A stretch of 64,000 bases of DNA, taken from NCBI GenBank assembly GCA_051599415.1, contig AP039691.1:310001-374000 (forward strand), in the 5' to 3' direction. The DNA is from Savitreella phatthalungensis. Taxonomy: Eukaryota. A model generated the notes under the pieces. It was not told the DNA's origin and did no database searches. It worked only from the letters and a program-made list of their open reading frames with translations. Below, piece by piece: positions 23,611 through 33,987 of this stretch (within the stretch, counting starts at the first letter, position 1; each line of letters starts with the position of its first letter). Position numbers and translations under genes: made by a program.

Positions 23611-25827
23611 ATGTCTGATCGCAGCAAGCGTAAACAGTCGAAACTTCAATTCTCTCCTGCTAAGCAACCGTCACAACCGCCTGGAGGACTGCAGAATGAT
23701 GCTAGCGTTTCCTCATCACGCATGCGGCAAGGCACCATTACGAATCTATTGTCTTCTTCGCCGTCAAGCAGTCCAGCGAGAGGCTCCCAGACTGCAGTGA
23801 CTCCAGTTAAAAGAAGCGTATCGACTCGGGGACGCCATGAAACTGATGAGGACAGTCCGCGTCCGGTGATGTTCAAACGTGTCGCTGAAGACGCCGGCAA
23901 CGATGTTCAGCCCACGGATATATCGACCGCTGGTAAAGGGAAAGATTTATCTAAATCTGTGCTAGTCATCAGTGATGCAGAGGGTGAGGAGGATATGCCG
24001 CGAAAGGTTTCGCTTCAAAGGGCTTCTAGTCCCGAGGCTAGACCTCAGAGTTTTTCACGGACGCATCAGACGCGACTGCCTTCCTCAAAGACGACGAAGC
24101 GCAAGAAAGCACCAAAACAAACCAGCAAGACTAAGTCGGAACGAGACCATCAGAAGAGTCAGTCCCGGATCGACTTCGGCGATTTGCCGCTCCGTCGAGG
24201 CGCATCACCGCCGCATTACGATTCCGAAGACGAAGAATTCCGTGCGACTCAGCTAGGCAGGGCAAGAAGACTACCAGAGACCGATGGAGAGAGCGACGAT
24301 AGCAATGATCTTGAGGCAGCTGGAGCCCAGGCGGCAACAACACGTGATCGCGCCGATGATGATAATGACCATGATGATGCGGACGAGGACGACGACGACG
24401 ATGAAGACATGATAATGAAACCAAGTATTCGAAGGCGAAGACTGATGCCGTCGAAGAAGTGCTCTGATGACGAAGCTGAGATCGAAGCTCAGTCTAGCAA
24501 GCGACAGGAGCTGGCTGACGAGATCCGTGATCTGCGCAGCCCGGGCAGCCGGAGAACGAGGACTAAAAAGTCTCCAGAAAGACGCCTTGGACAACGTGCG
24601 ACGGGCAAGGAGGACTTCAGAAGCAACCTTGAGCGACTGCGGCGTAGAAAGGCAGGTATTGTTGACGAAGTCGACGATGCGGACGGCGAGGAAGATGGCG
24701 ATCAAGTCGAGATGTGGGACTATGTGTCGGAGGAAGATGATAAGGAAGACGAATTCGAACACCACTTTTCCAATCCGCCTCAAGAGAAGCATAAGGCCAG
24801 GAGGAAAAATGTTGTGAAGAAACGGCCAGCAAAATTGGATGATGATGACGGCTTTGTGGTGAATTCCTCCGAAGAGGAGCCCGAGGTTGACGACGCAGGT
24901 CCACGCACACTGGACGACGTCTTTGGGGACCCTATCTCTGGTCGGAACCGCGAGCGCGATTCTCGGCAACATCACGAGCTGTATGACCGTGAGCTGGAGA
25001 CCTTCCGGCAGCGGCGCACACCACAAGAGCAGTTCAAAATTTGCGTCCAATATGAAGTCCTCGATCTCGTGTATCCGCAGAATGGTGTTGAGCCAGAGCC
25101 GTACTTCAAATCAGCGATCGACTGGCTGATTGACCGAACGACTGGCAAGGGCGAGTTGGCCAAGTCATCTGTTTGGATTCTGCCATTCACTGCGGCGCTC
25201 CGCCGATTTCCTGACATGGAAGCTGAGGAGATTCCACGACCGGAACGCGATCCAGACAACGACATCTGCGAAGCATGCAACCGTGGAAATCGTCCTACGA
25301 CATGGATCGTCCGATTTGCTGGCACACGCTACGATCGCTTGACACTCGAAGACTTTGACGACGACATGTTCAGCAGCGATCAGGATGGGTACTTGGAGAA
25401 TGAGTCAGAGGAATCGGACAGCGATGCGCACTCCCACAGGAGTGACGACGCTCGCCCACGAGCTAAGCGCCAACTTGACCCGAGTGCGATCCCGACGAAA
25501 GCCGGTGCGCTGTCGCGTGCAGATCGACTTGGTCGCGACAAACCTTGGCGTCTCGGTCAGAACTGCTATGAGCGTGCGCAGATCTCGCACGAGCTGGTTC
25601 ACCTGCGGAAGGAGTTGCGTCGTGAAGTTGAAGAACGATTACATAGGGACGGCGTGATTGCGAAAGCTGCGAAGCTGAATCGTCGTGACGGCAGAGCGCG
25701 TGTCCGTCTAGCTAACGACGTCACCGACGCTCTCGATGCAGACAAGTTCACCTTCAGACTATGGCAGCGGTATCGCCACGCGATCGAACGCGGCGAGCAG
25801 TATATCGTCGACGGCAAGTTCAGATAG
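23611..25827 (+). CDS. DUF4211/CCDC82-like protein (long acidic/basic disordered N-terminus, conserved Cys/His C-terminal domain)
   Basis: C-terminal SSVWILPFTAALRRFP, CEACNR, RFAGTRYDRLTLE and LGQNCYERAQISHELVH resemble DUF4211; ATG at 23611. Confidence 0.75.
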   Translation: MSDRSKRKQSKLQFSPAKQPSQPPGGLQNDASVSSSRMRQGTITNLLSSSPSSSPARGSQTAVTPVKRSVSTRGRHETDEDSPRPVMFKRVAEDAGNDVQPTDISTAGKGKDLSKSVLVISDAEGEEDMPRKVSLQRASSPEARPQSFSRTHQTRLPSSKTTKRKKAPKQTSKTKSERDHQKSQSRIDFGDLPLRRGASPPHYDSEDEEFRATQLGRARRLPETDGESDDSNDLEAAGAQAATTRDRADDDNDHDDADEDDDDDEDMIMKPSIRRRRLMPSKKCSDDEAEIEAQSSKRQELADEIRDLRSPGSRRTRTKKSPERRLGQRATGKEDFRSNLERLRRRKAGIVDEVDDADGEEDGDQVEMWDYVSEEDDKEDEFEHHFSNPPQEKHKARRKNVVKKRPAKLDDDDGFVVNSSEEEPEVDDAGPRTLDDVFGDPISGRNRERDSRQHHELYDRELETFRQRRTPQEQFKICVQYEVLDLVYPQNGVEPEPYFKSAIDWLIDRTTGKGELAKSSVWILPFTAALRRFPDMEAEEIPRPERDPDNDICEACNRGNRPTTWIVRFAGTRYDRLTLEDFDDDMFSSDQDGYLENESEESDSDAHSHRSDDARPRAKRQLDPSAIPTKAGALSRADRLGRDKPWRLGQNCYERAQISHELVHLRKELRREVEERLHRDGVIAKAAKLNRRDGRARVRLANDVTDALDADKFTFRLWQRYRHAIERGEQYIVDGKFR

Positions 25828-26205
25828 CTAGCTAGCTCACAGTGAGTGACAGAAGTCTTTTCAACGAACAAGTTGCACAGTTGCTTGAGATTGGGGTTGG
25901 ATAAAAATTGAGACTGAAGGTACACACAGCGGCGTGATCGCGCGCGCCTATGGAGAGCTTGTGTCGGTGTGAAGTTGTAGTAGATGTAGAATGGAAAAAA
26001 AAGGGGCGGTCGATGTTGGACATGACTGCATGATAAGAGAGCGTATCGTGGGTCGGATGGTGGTCGTCATGAAATTTTGGAGATTGAAACAGATGAGGTT
26101 GGGAGAGGGAGCATCCTGAGGACTGAACCAGGTCAGTGCCAGCCTGCGAGCGCGAGTGCGCATGGCCAATCCCCGTAGAGAGACACTCGCAGGATTGCGA
26201 CCGCC

Positions 26206-27111
26206 TCAGAGGTTGCCTGCTGGAGAGCTAGGGTAGGCGATGCTGCTGAGTGGCTGAAGAACGTTGTTGGCGAAGTAGCCATCATTGACAATGTTACCTG
26301 GGCCAGAGTACTCACAGACGAGGTAGTAGGGGTATGTCGGCATATCCGTGGTGGCGGTGTTGGTCATGGCGCAACCGACCTGAGACGTCGACTTCCATAC
26401 CAGCTGGGTGAAGTGACCTGTGTCGTGGGTGAAGCCCGGCTTGCTGTAGTCGTACATACGGACCTCGTCGTACCACATGAACACATACTTGGCTGGGTTT
26501 GTGTACGTTCCCGTGGCGAGGTTCTCACCGTTTGGGTTGTTCGGTGTGTGCGACCATGACTTGCCATTTGCCCACTGAAGAGCCTGCTGTGCGAGCGTGG
26601 TCGACCAGGTCAGTGCGGGTGCGCCGTGGCGTGCACGATACTGGTTGTGGTAGTCGAGCATTTGGCTGACGAAGGCCTGCTGGTCAACATATGGGAACGA
26701 GGCGTCCTTCAGGGATGCAGGTGCTGTGGATGCTGGTGTTGTGGCTGCTGGTGTCGTGGCAGGAGCTGTGGTTGTAGCAAGTGTTGTGGTGGCAGCTACA
26801 GGCTGAGGTGTTGTCGTCGTTGCTGAGGAAGTCGACGTGAATGTGTAGGAAGACGAGCTAGATGTACCCTGGGAGACGCCACCGGTTCCAGAGGCTGCTG
26901 ACTTGCACTGCGACAGGAATGGGAAATACTTGCACAACGTGCTCACAGTCGGTCCACTGTTGCCAGTGTTGCCGGTGCTGAGCGGTGCAGACGTGGCGAA
27001 AGATCTGCCCTTGACGGTGCTCACAGCACCGGCGGCAGCAGTGTTGAAGATACGACCGGCGTCGACGCCCGCGGCGACGGCTGTCAGGATAACGAACAAG
27101 TTCTGCTGCAT
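26206..27111 (-). CDS. Secreted CAP/SCP/PR-1 family protein (Pry1-like)
   Basis: Signal peptide, Ser/Thr-rich linker, then LDYHNQYRARHGAPALTWS, GENLA, WYDEV, GHFTQLVWKSTSQVGCA and LVCEYSGPGN. Confidence 0.95.
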   Translation of the reverse strand: MQQNLFVILTAVAAGVDAGRIFNTAAAGAVSTVKGRSFATSAPLSTGNTGNSGPTVSTLCKYFPFLSQCKSAASGTGGVSQGTSSSSSYTFTSTSSATTTTPQPVAATTTLATTTAPATTPAATTPASTAPASLKDASFPYVDQQAFVSQMLDYHNQYRARHGAPALTWSTTLAQQALQWANGKSWSHTPNNPNGENLATGTYTNPAKYVFMWYDEVRMYDYSKPGFTHDTGHFTQLVWKSTSQVGCAMTNTATTDMPTYPYYLVCEYSGPGNIVNDGYFANNVLQPLSSIAYPSSPAGNL

Positions 27112-27726
27112 ATCTGTTTCGAGGAAGAGCTCCGCTGTGTGTAAAGCTCAGATATAGGAGAGAAGGATAGAGACTGGATAGAGAGTGCTGTGAAGAGTAG
27201 ACGAGAGGAGTCTCGAACGAAAGGTGATCGTTGAGAGACTAGCTCAGAGAGTGACTATGGGTGTTGACGTCGATCGAAGTGAGACCCACTGGGTTGATAG
27301 TGGAAAGAATACTCTGATGGACAGTGATGGAGAATGGGATTAGAGAGGCTGGGCAGTCCGTGGTTCTTATACAGGCAGATGACTACACAGGTGGATGTGA
27401 GATATAAGATGCGTCCTCATCTGCCAAGCAACACCGTTCCAGTGACGATGGGCGTGTCCAATTCGCCCTTTCCAATGTTCGCGTCCGGCATGAAAGGGAA
27501 TGAAGGAGGATTGGGACACGCGAGCTTACGTGACCTGGCGTTCATGCGCCTACTCCGGCTCAGGAAGGTGCATGATGGCAACAGGAGCCAAAGTCCAGGA
27601 CGGTGATTCACTTCCAGGCAGATTGTCCTTTACTTCGTTCGATACAGAAACGATTCAGACAGAAGACCGACGCGCGCAAACGTGCTTGCTCGTGCAGACT
27701 CATCTCGCGTTCCAGATGGTTTCCAG

Positions 27727-27728
27727 GG

Positions 27729-27770
<42 letters not shown>
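27727..27770. repeat. (GGCA)11 tetranucleotide microsatellite
   Basis: Perfect tandem GGCA x11, about 600 bp upstream of the CAP gene start. Confidence 0.97.
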
Positions 27771-27771
<1 letters not shown>

Positions 27772-29902
27772 TCAGGACAAGCGGGAACGAGTGGCATGAA
27801 CGATTGCGTCGACGTGCAGCATCATTTCAGATGTTCCATTTTGAGTTTGGGCGGTTTGGGATGTAAGATCTCTGGAAGGTCAAGAAAAGAGATGAGAACG
27901 GAAAAGGATCAATTTGAATCAGAAGACCCTGGGATCTTGGTGAGTCCTGTTTTTTCCCAGAAATGAGATCCGAGTGTTTGGAGTCAGTCAAGACAACAGT
28001 GGCTCAATCATGTAAAAGCCATTGACGGCTTTTGTTTTCAGTACTGACCAAAGTTGGAGACAGAATTCGGTGGTGAAGATTAGCTGATTTCTGATGCGTA
28101 ATTTAGAGAATTCAATCTAATCGGTGTAAGATGTTGGAATTCCGTCGATGCCGGAAACGCGATGAAGAACAGCCTGAATTCGAACAATCGATTGCAAAGT
28201 CCGTGTAAATACGAACCTGAATTAGATTGTTTCCATTCAGTTGTCTGCAGATTAGCCTCATCTCAGAGCAATCTATTTCAATCAAGACTATCTATCAGCA
28301 GTCAATCTGGAGATTTGACTCATCTCCATCATGCACACTCCGTTTAGCTTGAACGATCACTCACAAGAAGACGAGTATCCAGTCGAGGACTCAGGATCCC
28401 ATGAATCAGGCATAGCAGCAGAGAAGATTCGAAAGGCATCGATGAAGAAGACAGAATCCGGTATTGAAATCTCATGAAGGTAACTAGCGTCAACATCCGC
28501 TCAACCGGCTCAGAGCCAAATCCAAACCCAAACCCGGACAATCTGTTTTTTCATAGCCGTACAAATCACATTCGCTACCAATCATCTACATTGACACTGT
28601 GTATCTAAGCACAGACAGTGGAAGTTGGAAACAAGAGATAGGCGACTCAGTTTCAATGTCAATGTATTTAGACTCTTTCCTTTCTGACATCAGCTGGATC
28701 TGGAGCGAGAGCGGGAACAGTCTAAATCCGTAGTAGAATTCCAAGGTCACTTGTCAGAACCTATCCTTCAAAGTGCTTCGAGAATTCTTCCAGTCTGGGA
28801 AATCCTGTAGACCTGCCTGCTCTACTGGTAGCATCTCATCAGCCTCACGGAAGAACAGCCGATTTGCCGTTTCGCCGTTCTCTTTGACGGATTCGGTCAA
28901 ACCTCAGCCGCGGACCCGGGCGTCAGCTATTTGTCTCACCTGTCAAAACTCACGAACGCGGACAGGCAGTAGGGAGGCGCAAGTGCTGTGCTGCGAACGC
29001 CTCTTCCACCAGAATCCCTGTCCGGACATGTACAAACATCCCGAACAATCCGACCATTCGACTTTCATTGGTGAATGTAGCTGTTGACAGGCTGCACTCA
29101 AAATGTCTCGGACACCAAGAGACGTTGAGATCATCACAGACTGACGCTCGCGTCAGGTCCATAGGTGCATGGTCACGGAGACGCGACGCCATGCACTGCC
29201 CTGCGCTGGCATTTCGCGTCTCTATACACCAGATCAGACATCCCGTGCAAAGTTATCACTCGGTAAGATCGTGTTTTCCAGACCATGACTTTCTTGCCTT
29301 CGTGCGTGTTTGGTGTGGGGTATATGATTCACCTTTCGCTCGAGGAGGTCGGTGAAAGCGTGACCTCCATGACAGACACGCACAAGCCGTTACATACGTA
29401 ATTTGCATTCTTTCAAATCAGACGGACTTCATGAGAGTCGGATTGATTCGTTTCCACGCATGGGCAGCCGCGTGGCGAGAATCGTGCTGCATTGTGTGGA
29501 GTGCGCCGCGTGTGCGTGCTTCGCCTACGAGATGGGTTATGACTAGGTCACAAACAGAGTTTGTCGCCATCGCTGTTTCATTCAGAAATCGTCACATTGA
29601 TTGGAGACATTCATCGTGCCATCACGCGCTCGATCATTCTTGAAATCACGGATGTGCACCTGTCTGATCGAGCACGCCATGTGCAACGCCGAAGGTGAGT
29701 TTGTATGTGTATAAGGTGGTCATGTTATTAGTTGTGGTAGTATGGAAAGTCATCAATCTACATATTTAGTAATATCGAGGTCGTGCACGGCGGTCGCGGG
29801 CAGCTCGGAGAGATCGAAGACTCCGAGAAGCCTGGTTAAACGCTCGCCCTCGACTTCAGGTCCGACTCCGGCACCGATTCAAGCTTCAGTTCCAGCTGCT
29901 GC

Positions 29903-31060
29903 TCAATCGAGGATCAGTCGCTTCGTCGGGAGGTATTCAGACGATTGCTCGTACAGCGGTACATCCTCAAAATCAGGCTGCTTGACAGTCCTTGACGGCC
30001 CGAAGTTGCCAGATTGCGGTTGTTGCTGTTGCAGCTGCTCTTGCTGGCGTAGCTTCCTCTGCTTCTCCCAAAGAGTCGTCTTGCCGAAGTACGAGTGGCA
30101 GAAGATAGAGTTGATGAATGTAAGGACAAGCAGGACGAGCGAAACGGCTGCAAAGATACCCAAGGTGATGCGGTCGTTCCGGTAATCGTCTGCATGACGG
30201 GAGCTGAAGATTTTCCAGAAGTAGTAGCAGAAGTACGTGACAGCGGCAATCAGACAGGCATCAAAGACCAGCATCAACCACCGGATCTCATGCCGAACGG
30301 CGTAGCCCGCAGCCAAGAGACCGAGAATTGTCACTGGTAAAGCCGCAACTGTGATCCAGAATGCCCAGTCGCTCGTGTCGGTATACAGGATGAGCAGTTG
30401 AACTGTAAACCCACCAAAGAAGAACCAACAATAGCAGAGAAGAACGACGAAGGTCTGATAGGCGATGAACTGTCGCTTGATGCTCCTGTCAGCTCCAAGG
30501 CGCTGGTAGATGTCCCAACCGAAGCTTCGGTAGAGGAAGAAGACGCAGACGAGATAGACTGCTTGACCGACGGCGATGACGCAAGGTACTGCGATCACGA
30601 ATGGCAGCAGATGGTGCCAGAATGCATTTCGTTGCGCGGCGTGATTGCTGCGAGTGATGGCGAGTGGCGAATCTGGATCGAACACAGAGTCATTGTTAGG
30701 CGCTGTGCCGAAGAGGACGTTGTGGAACTCTTTGATCTGGACAGCCGAATAGACGAGGAAAGCAAAGTTGAAAATGACGAGCGCAAAGATGTGGAACATA
30801 TTGCGCTTCCCACATGCCCAGAACGCCAACCAGAGCTGGAAGACGAATGCACAGATGTAGATCGCCAGGTAGGTCGGAATCGTTCTCGAAGTCGTATTGT
30901 CCAAGTTCAGCTCATGAACAAAGCGTGCGAAGACGTAAGATTCGAGCGCCATATTGACCAGACACTCGACTACGGTCGCGCCGAGGAATAGGTTTGACCA
31001 TAGCATATTTGGGAACTCGTTCGGCTGCCGTGCCCCTGGCGCGATCGATGACCGGCGCAT
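29903..31060 (-). CDS. UPF0658-like multi-pass Golgi membrane protein
   Basis: About 7-8 hydrophobic segments; LESYVF, TIPTYLAIYI, FGWDIYQRLGAD, FFFGGFTVQ and AVRHE motifs match my recollection of fungal UPF0658 proteins. Confidence 0.75.
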   Translation of the reverse strand: MRRSSIAPGARQPNEFPNMLWSNLFLGATVVECLVNMALESYVFARFVHELNLDNTTSRTIPTYLAIYICAFVFQLWLAFWACGKRNMFHIFALVIFNFAFLVYSAVQIKEFHNVLFGTAPNNDSVFDPDSPLAITRSNHAAQRNAFWHHLLPFVIAVPCVIAVGQAVYLVCVFFLYRSFGWDIYQRLGADRSIKRQFIAYQTFVVLLCYCWFFFGGFTVQLLILYTDTSDWAFWITVAALPVTILGLLAAGYAVRHEIRWLMLVFDACLIAAVTYFCYYFWKIFSSRHADDYRNDRITLGIFAAVSLVLLVLTFINSIFCHSYFGKTTLWEKQRKLRQQEQLQQQQPQSGNFGPSRTVKQPDFEDVPLYEQSSEYLPTKRLILD

Positions 31061-31803
31061 GATGTGTAAGTATGCAGTGCTGAAATACTGTGAGGATAAA
31101 TCCCTCGCGCTGTGCCCTGTTATACGCTCAGGCGCGTGTTCCGATGAGGCAAGGAGATGTATAAATGTATGTGTACGCGAATCGCGTGCGTGCGCGTTTT
31201 GACAGTTTGTTGTGCTACACCGATGCTATTGCAAGATGTAGCCTTGCTCAATGGTTCAGACAGATGTTAGGATCTGCTACGCAGATTTGCTCGCAGATTT
31301 GCTCGGAGAATGTAGACTTTGGTATATAGTAAGGAAGGATGTTTGCAACAGATGATGTCGTTTCAATATCTCATAGTGACGGCTGACGTTGAGCCTGGAC
31401 ATTCTCCCACTTGAGTCATGGCTGCTCGGGTAAGTGTACTACAAGCAATTGTGAAATTGAAAGCACGGGCTTGAGCGTGCTGTAGCTAATCCAAGCCATT
31501 CCATCTACTCACAGTAAAAGCCAAGTGACAATAGTCAGGATGAGAAATTACACTGGAATTATCCATTTTAGATGATTGTTCTTCAATGCTCAAGCGGGAA
31601 ACATAATTTCAAATCCTGGTGACTGCGATTAGATACACAACGTTGAATCTGCTTGGAAAGCGAATGATGAAAAGCTAGTTAAGGAGAAAGAGAGAGAGAG
31701 AGAATTCAGGGTGGCGGTGGCTCGGTGTCGATCTTTCTGACCTTGTTGAACCCCGCAATACACGTGCATTCTGAGCACGTGTCGGCTCCACAATCAGTGT
31801 CGC

Positions 31804-31956
31804 TGTCACTATCGTGACCTCTTTACTCACGTGATCAATCACTGATCACCTCTACTGATCATTTTCTCTTACGTAGGCGAGACGATCGTTCGCTCCCTCA
31901 CCACACTCTTTAGGTCAGTAGACTCTTATAGCGAAATTCGATCCTCTTAGGTGACA
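31804..31956 (+). repeat. 5' LTR (153 bp)
   Basis: Base-for-base identical to 37204-37356; TG...CA with 6-bp terminal inverted repeats. Confidence 0.97.
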
Positions 31957-31958
31957 AG

Positions 31959-31967
31959 TGGTAGCGC
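31959..31967 (+). promoter_or_regulatory. Primer-binding site complementary to the 3' end of initiator tRNA-Met
   Basis: TGGTAGCGC lies 2 nt after the 5' LTR; it has the same core as the Ty1/Ty3 PBS (TGGTAGCG). Confidence 0.8.
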
Positions 31968-31992
31968 TAGTGTCGATCTGAGAGTGTCTGTC

Positions 31993-33987
31993 ATGACTTC
32001 TGTGTCTCGCCCCGAGACTCGTGCTTCCGGCAAGAGCACTCGTAAGTTTCTAACTGAAGAGTCGTTCCCTGTCGAAGAAGAATTCCCTCAAACGGGACAA
32101 TCTTCTGCATCCAACCCACTTCCGACTGCAGGTTCTACAAATGTTGACCTCTCCGAAGTGGTTCGAAGACTGGCTGAAGGCCAGGTTACGCTGCAAGCTA
32201 TCTTGCTTGCCCAGTCGCAGCAGCCTACTCAAGCACCTGCCGACAATATCACCAGTTCACGCGCTGTCAGCCTGAACAAAGTTCCAGTTTTACAATCCGC
32301 AAACCGTACGCAGCCATCTGCGTTTGTTGCTGAAGTCCGAGGACTGTTGGCACTCTATCCTGAACCTATGGTTCGTCAAGCTGTCCTGGGAGCGTTTGCT
32401 AAAAACGACGATCAAACCATCACTACGTGGTATCGTACACAAATACAACTGCTCAACAGTGACGAGGCAATTGCCTCTCGCACCACGTCCGAGTGGATTG
32501 GAGCGTTCAAGGACAAGTTTTCCCTTGACATTTTCCAACAGCTCAATCTTTTGCGCTCTCTCGAGTATCGTCCAAACGAAGACATGAGATCTTTCATCGC
32601 CCGTGTCTCTGCTGCGTGTTTGGAGTGTGGCAAGGCTAGCGACGTTGAAATGATCTCGGAAGTCGTCGCGCGCCTTCCTGGCGATTATCGACTTGCATTG
32701 TCCTACAACACATTCAGCACCCTTGATGCTCTCGAGAAGGAACTCATCTCACGTCAGGACGTACTTCAAGCTCGCCCGAAAGGGAACACCGATTATCGTC
32801 CAAGGAATTACACCGCTGATTCACGGAAGCGTGGTTCCCAAGCTTCAGTCAACCCGTCCATCGAAGCCAAGAAAGGATTCTTCCCAAGTCCTCCGACTGC
32901 GTGTCCTGAGTGTGGCTCCTGGCACTGGCTTAAGGGTAAGTTTGCTACGCCCTGCCAGCATAAGAAGGGTGCATCTGCCGCCGCGTACAATGGGACAATC
33001 GGAAACTCGTACCGTCCTAAGACTGAACCAGTCTACCTAAACTCGGTCTCTAGTTCCCAGGGACATGAAGCTGAGACCAACCTTCTCGACCTCGACGTTC
33101 CTCAGGCCGCGCAAACAGAGAATGTCAATTTCATTGATTTGACAAACGAGGGAGATCAACATTATTACGATCTTACCAACATCTCGACTGAAACGGTTTA
33201 TTTGGTCGACAAGGTTGACTCTCACCCGTTGGTGTGGGCAAAGGCTATTGGACCGCTTCCTGACGAACACAACTACAAGCGTCTGGGACCGTACATGGTA
33301 CAAGTGGCATTTAACCCCCCTGAGACTGTATCAGGAAGCGTCACAATTCCGTCCACAACCTACTTCGCCTTGGACTCGGGATCAGCTATGTCGCTGATCT
33401 CACGCCAATTGCTGGAAAGAGTTGCTCCGAGAGCAGAGACGATCGAGAAGACGACTCCCCACCAGCTCAGAGGAGTAGTCCATGGAGCGTCGGTAGGCAG
33501 CACTCATGGAGTGATCCTGCCTATTTACTTACCCATGCTCAACGGCAAATGGGTCGGTATAAAAGCGTTTTTCCACATTTTGGATGAACTCTCCGTTGGT
33601 CTGATCCTTGGTAACGATATTGCTGTGGCAAATCAAATCCGAACGGATCCAACAAGTCGTACATACACGCTCGGAGGAGCGCACAATTGGACAGGGCATC
33701 TCCAGGTCACTCGGTCCAACAAAGATTCCGAACGTAACCTTGACAGGCAACCCATCACCGCTCCATTTAAGATCGATTTGGGAGCCGGTGAGAGTGTTAA
33801 GATCACTACTGTCATCCCTCTGTCCAACCGACGACTCACGCCCAACAGAAGTGCCACTCGACTCACCGCAATTGAGCCGGGTTGTGTGCTTCTGACTACC
33901 GAGAAGCGATGTGTTTTCGGACCAGGAGATATTCTGGGATACGCAGAGAGCCTCGGAGTCGCCGTGATGCCTGTGCCGGCTTTTTAA
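31993..33987 (+). CDS. gag: Retrotransposon ORF1: Gag (capsid, variant CCHC knuckle) fused in frame to aspartic protease
   Basis: Capsid-like EDMRSFIARV..LPGDYR, knuckle CPECGSWHW..PC, protease FALDSGSAMSLIS...LILGND; ATG at 31993. Confidence 0.9.
   Translation: MTSVSRPETRASGKSTRKFLTEESFPVEEEFPQTGQSSASNPLPTAGSTNVDLSEVVRRLAEGQVTLQAILLAQSQQPTQAPADNITSSRAVSLNKVPVLQSANRTQPSAFVAEVRGLLALYPEPMVRQAVLGAFAKNDDQTITTWYRTQIQLLNSDEAIASRTTSEWIGAFKDKFSLDIFQQLNLLRSLEYRPNEDMRSFIARVSAACLECGKASDVEMISEVVARLPGDYRLALSYNTFSTLDALEKELISRQDVLQARPKGNTDYRPRNYTADSRKRGSQASVNPSIEAKKGFFPSPPTACPECGSWHWLKGKFATPCQHKKGASAAAYNGTIGNSYRPKTEPVYLNSVSSSQGHEAETNLLDLDVPQAAQTENVNFIDLTNEGDQHYYDLTNISTETVYLVDKVDSHPLVWAKAIGPLPDEHNYKRLGPYMVQVAFNPPETVSGSVTIPSTTYFALDSGSAMSLISRQLLERVAPRAETIEKTTPHQLRGVVHGASVGSTHGVILPIYLPMLNGKWVGIKAFFHILDELSVGLILGNDIAVANQIRTDPTSRTYTLGGAHNWTGHLQVTRSNKDSERNLDRQPITAPFKIDLGAGESVKITTVIPLSNRRLTPNRSATRLTAIEPGCVLLTTEKRCVFGPGDILGYAESLGVAVMPVPAF

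Noticed and set aside
27500..27966. ORFs with AGRQ repeats in three frames
   Set aside because: Translation artefacts of the (GGCA)11 microsatellite.
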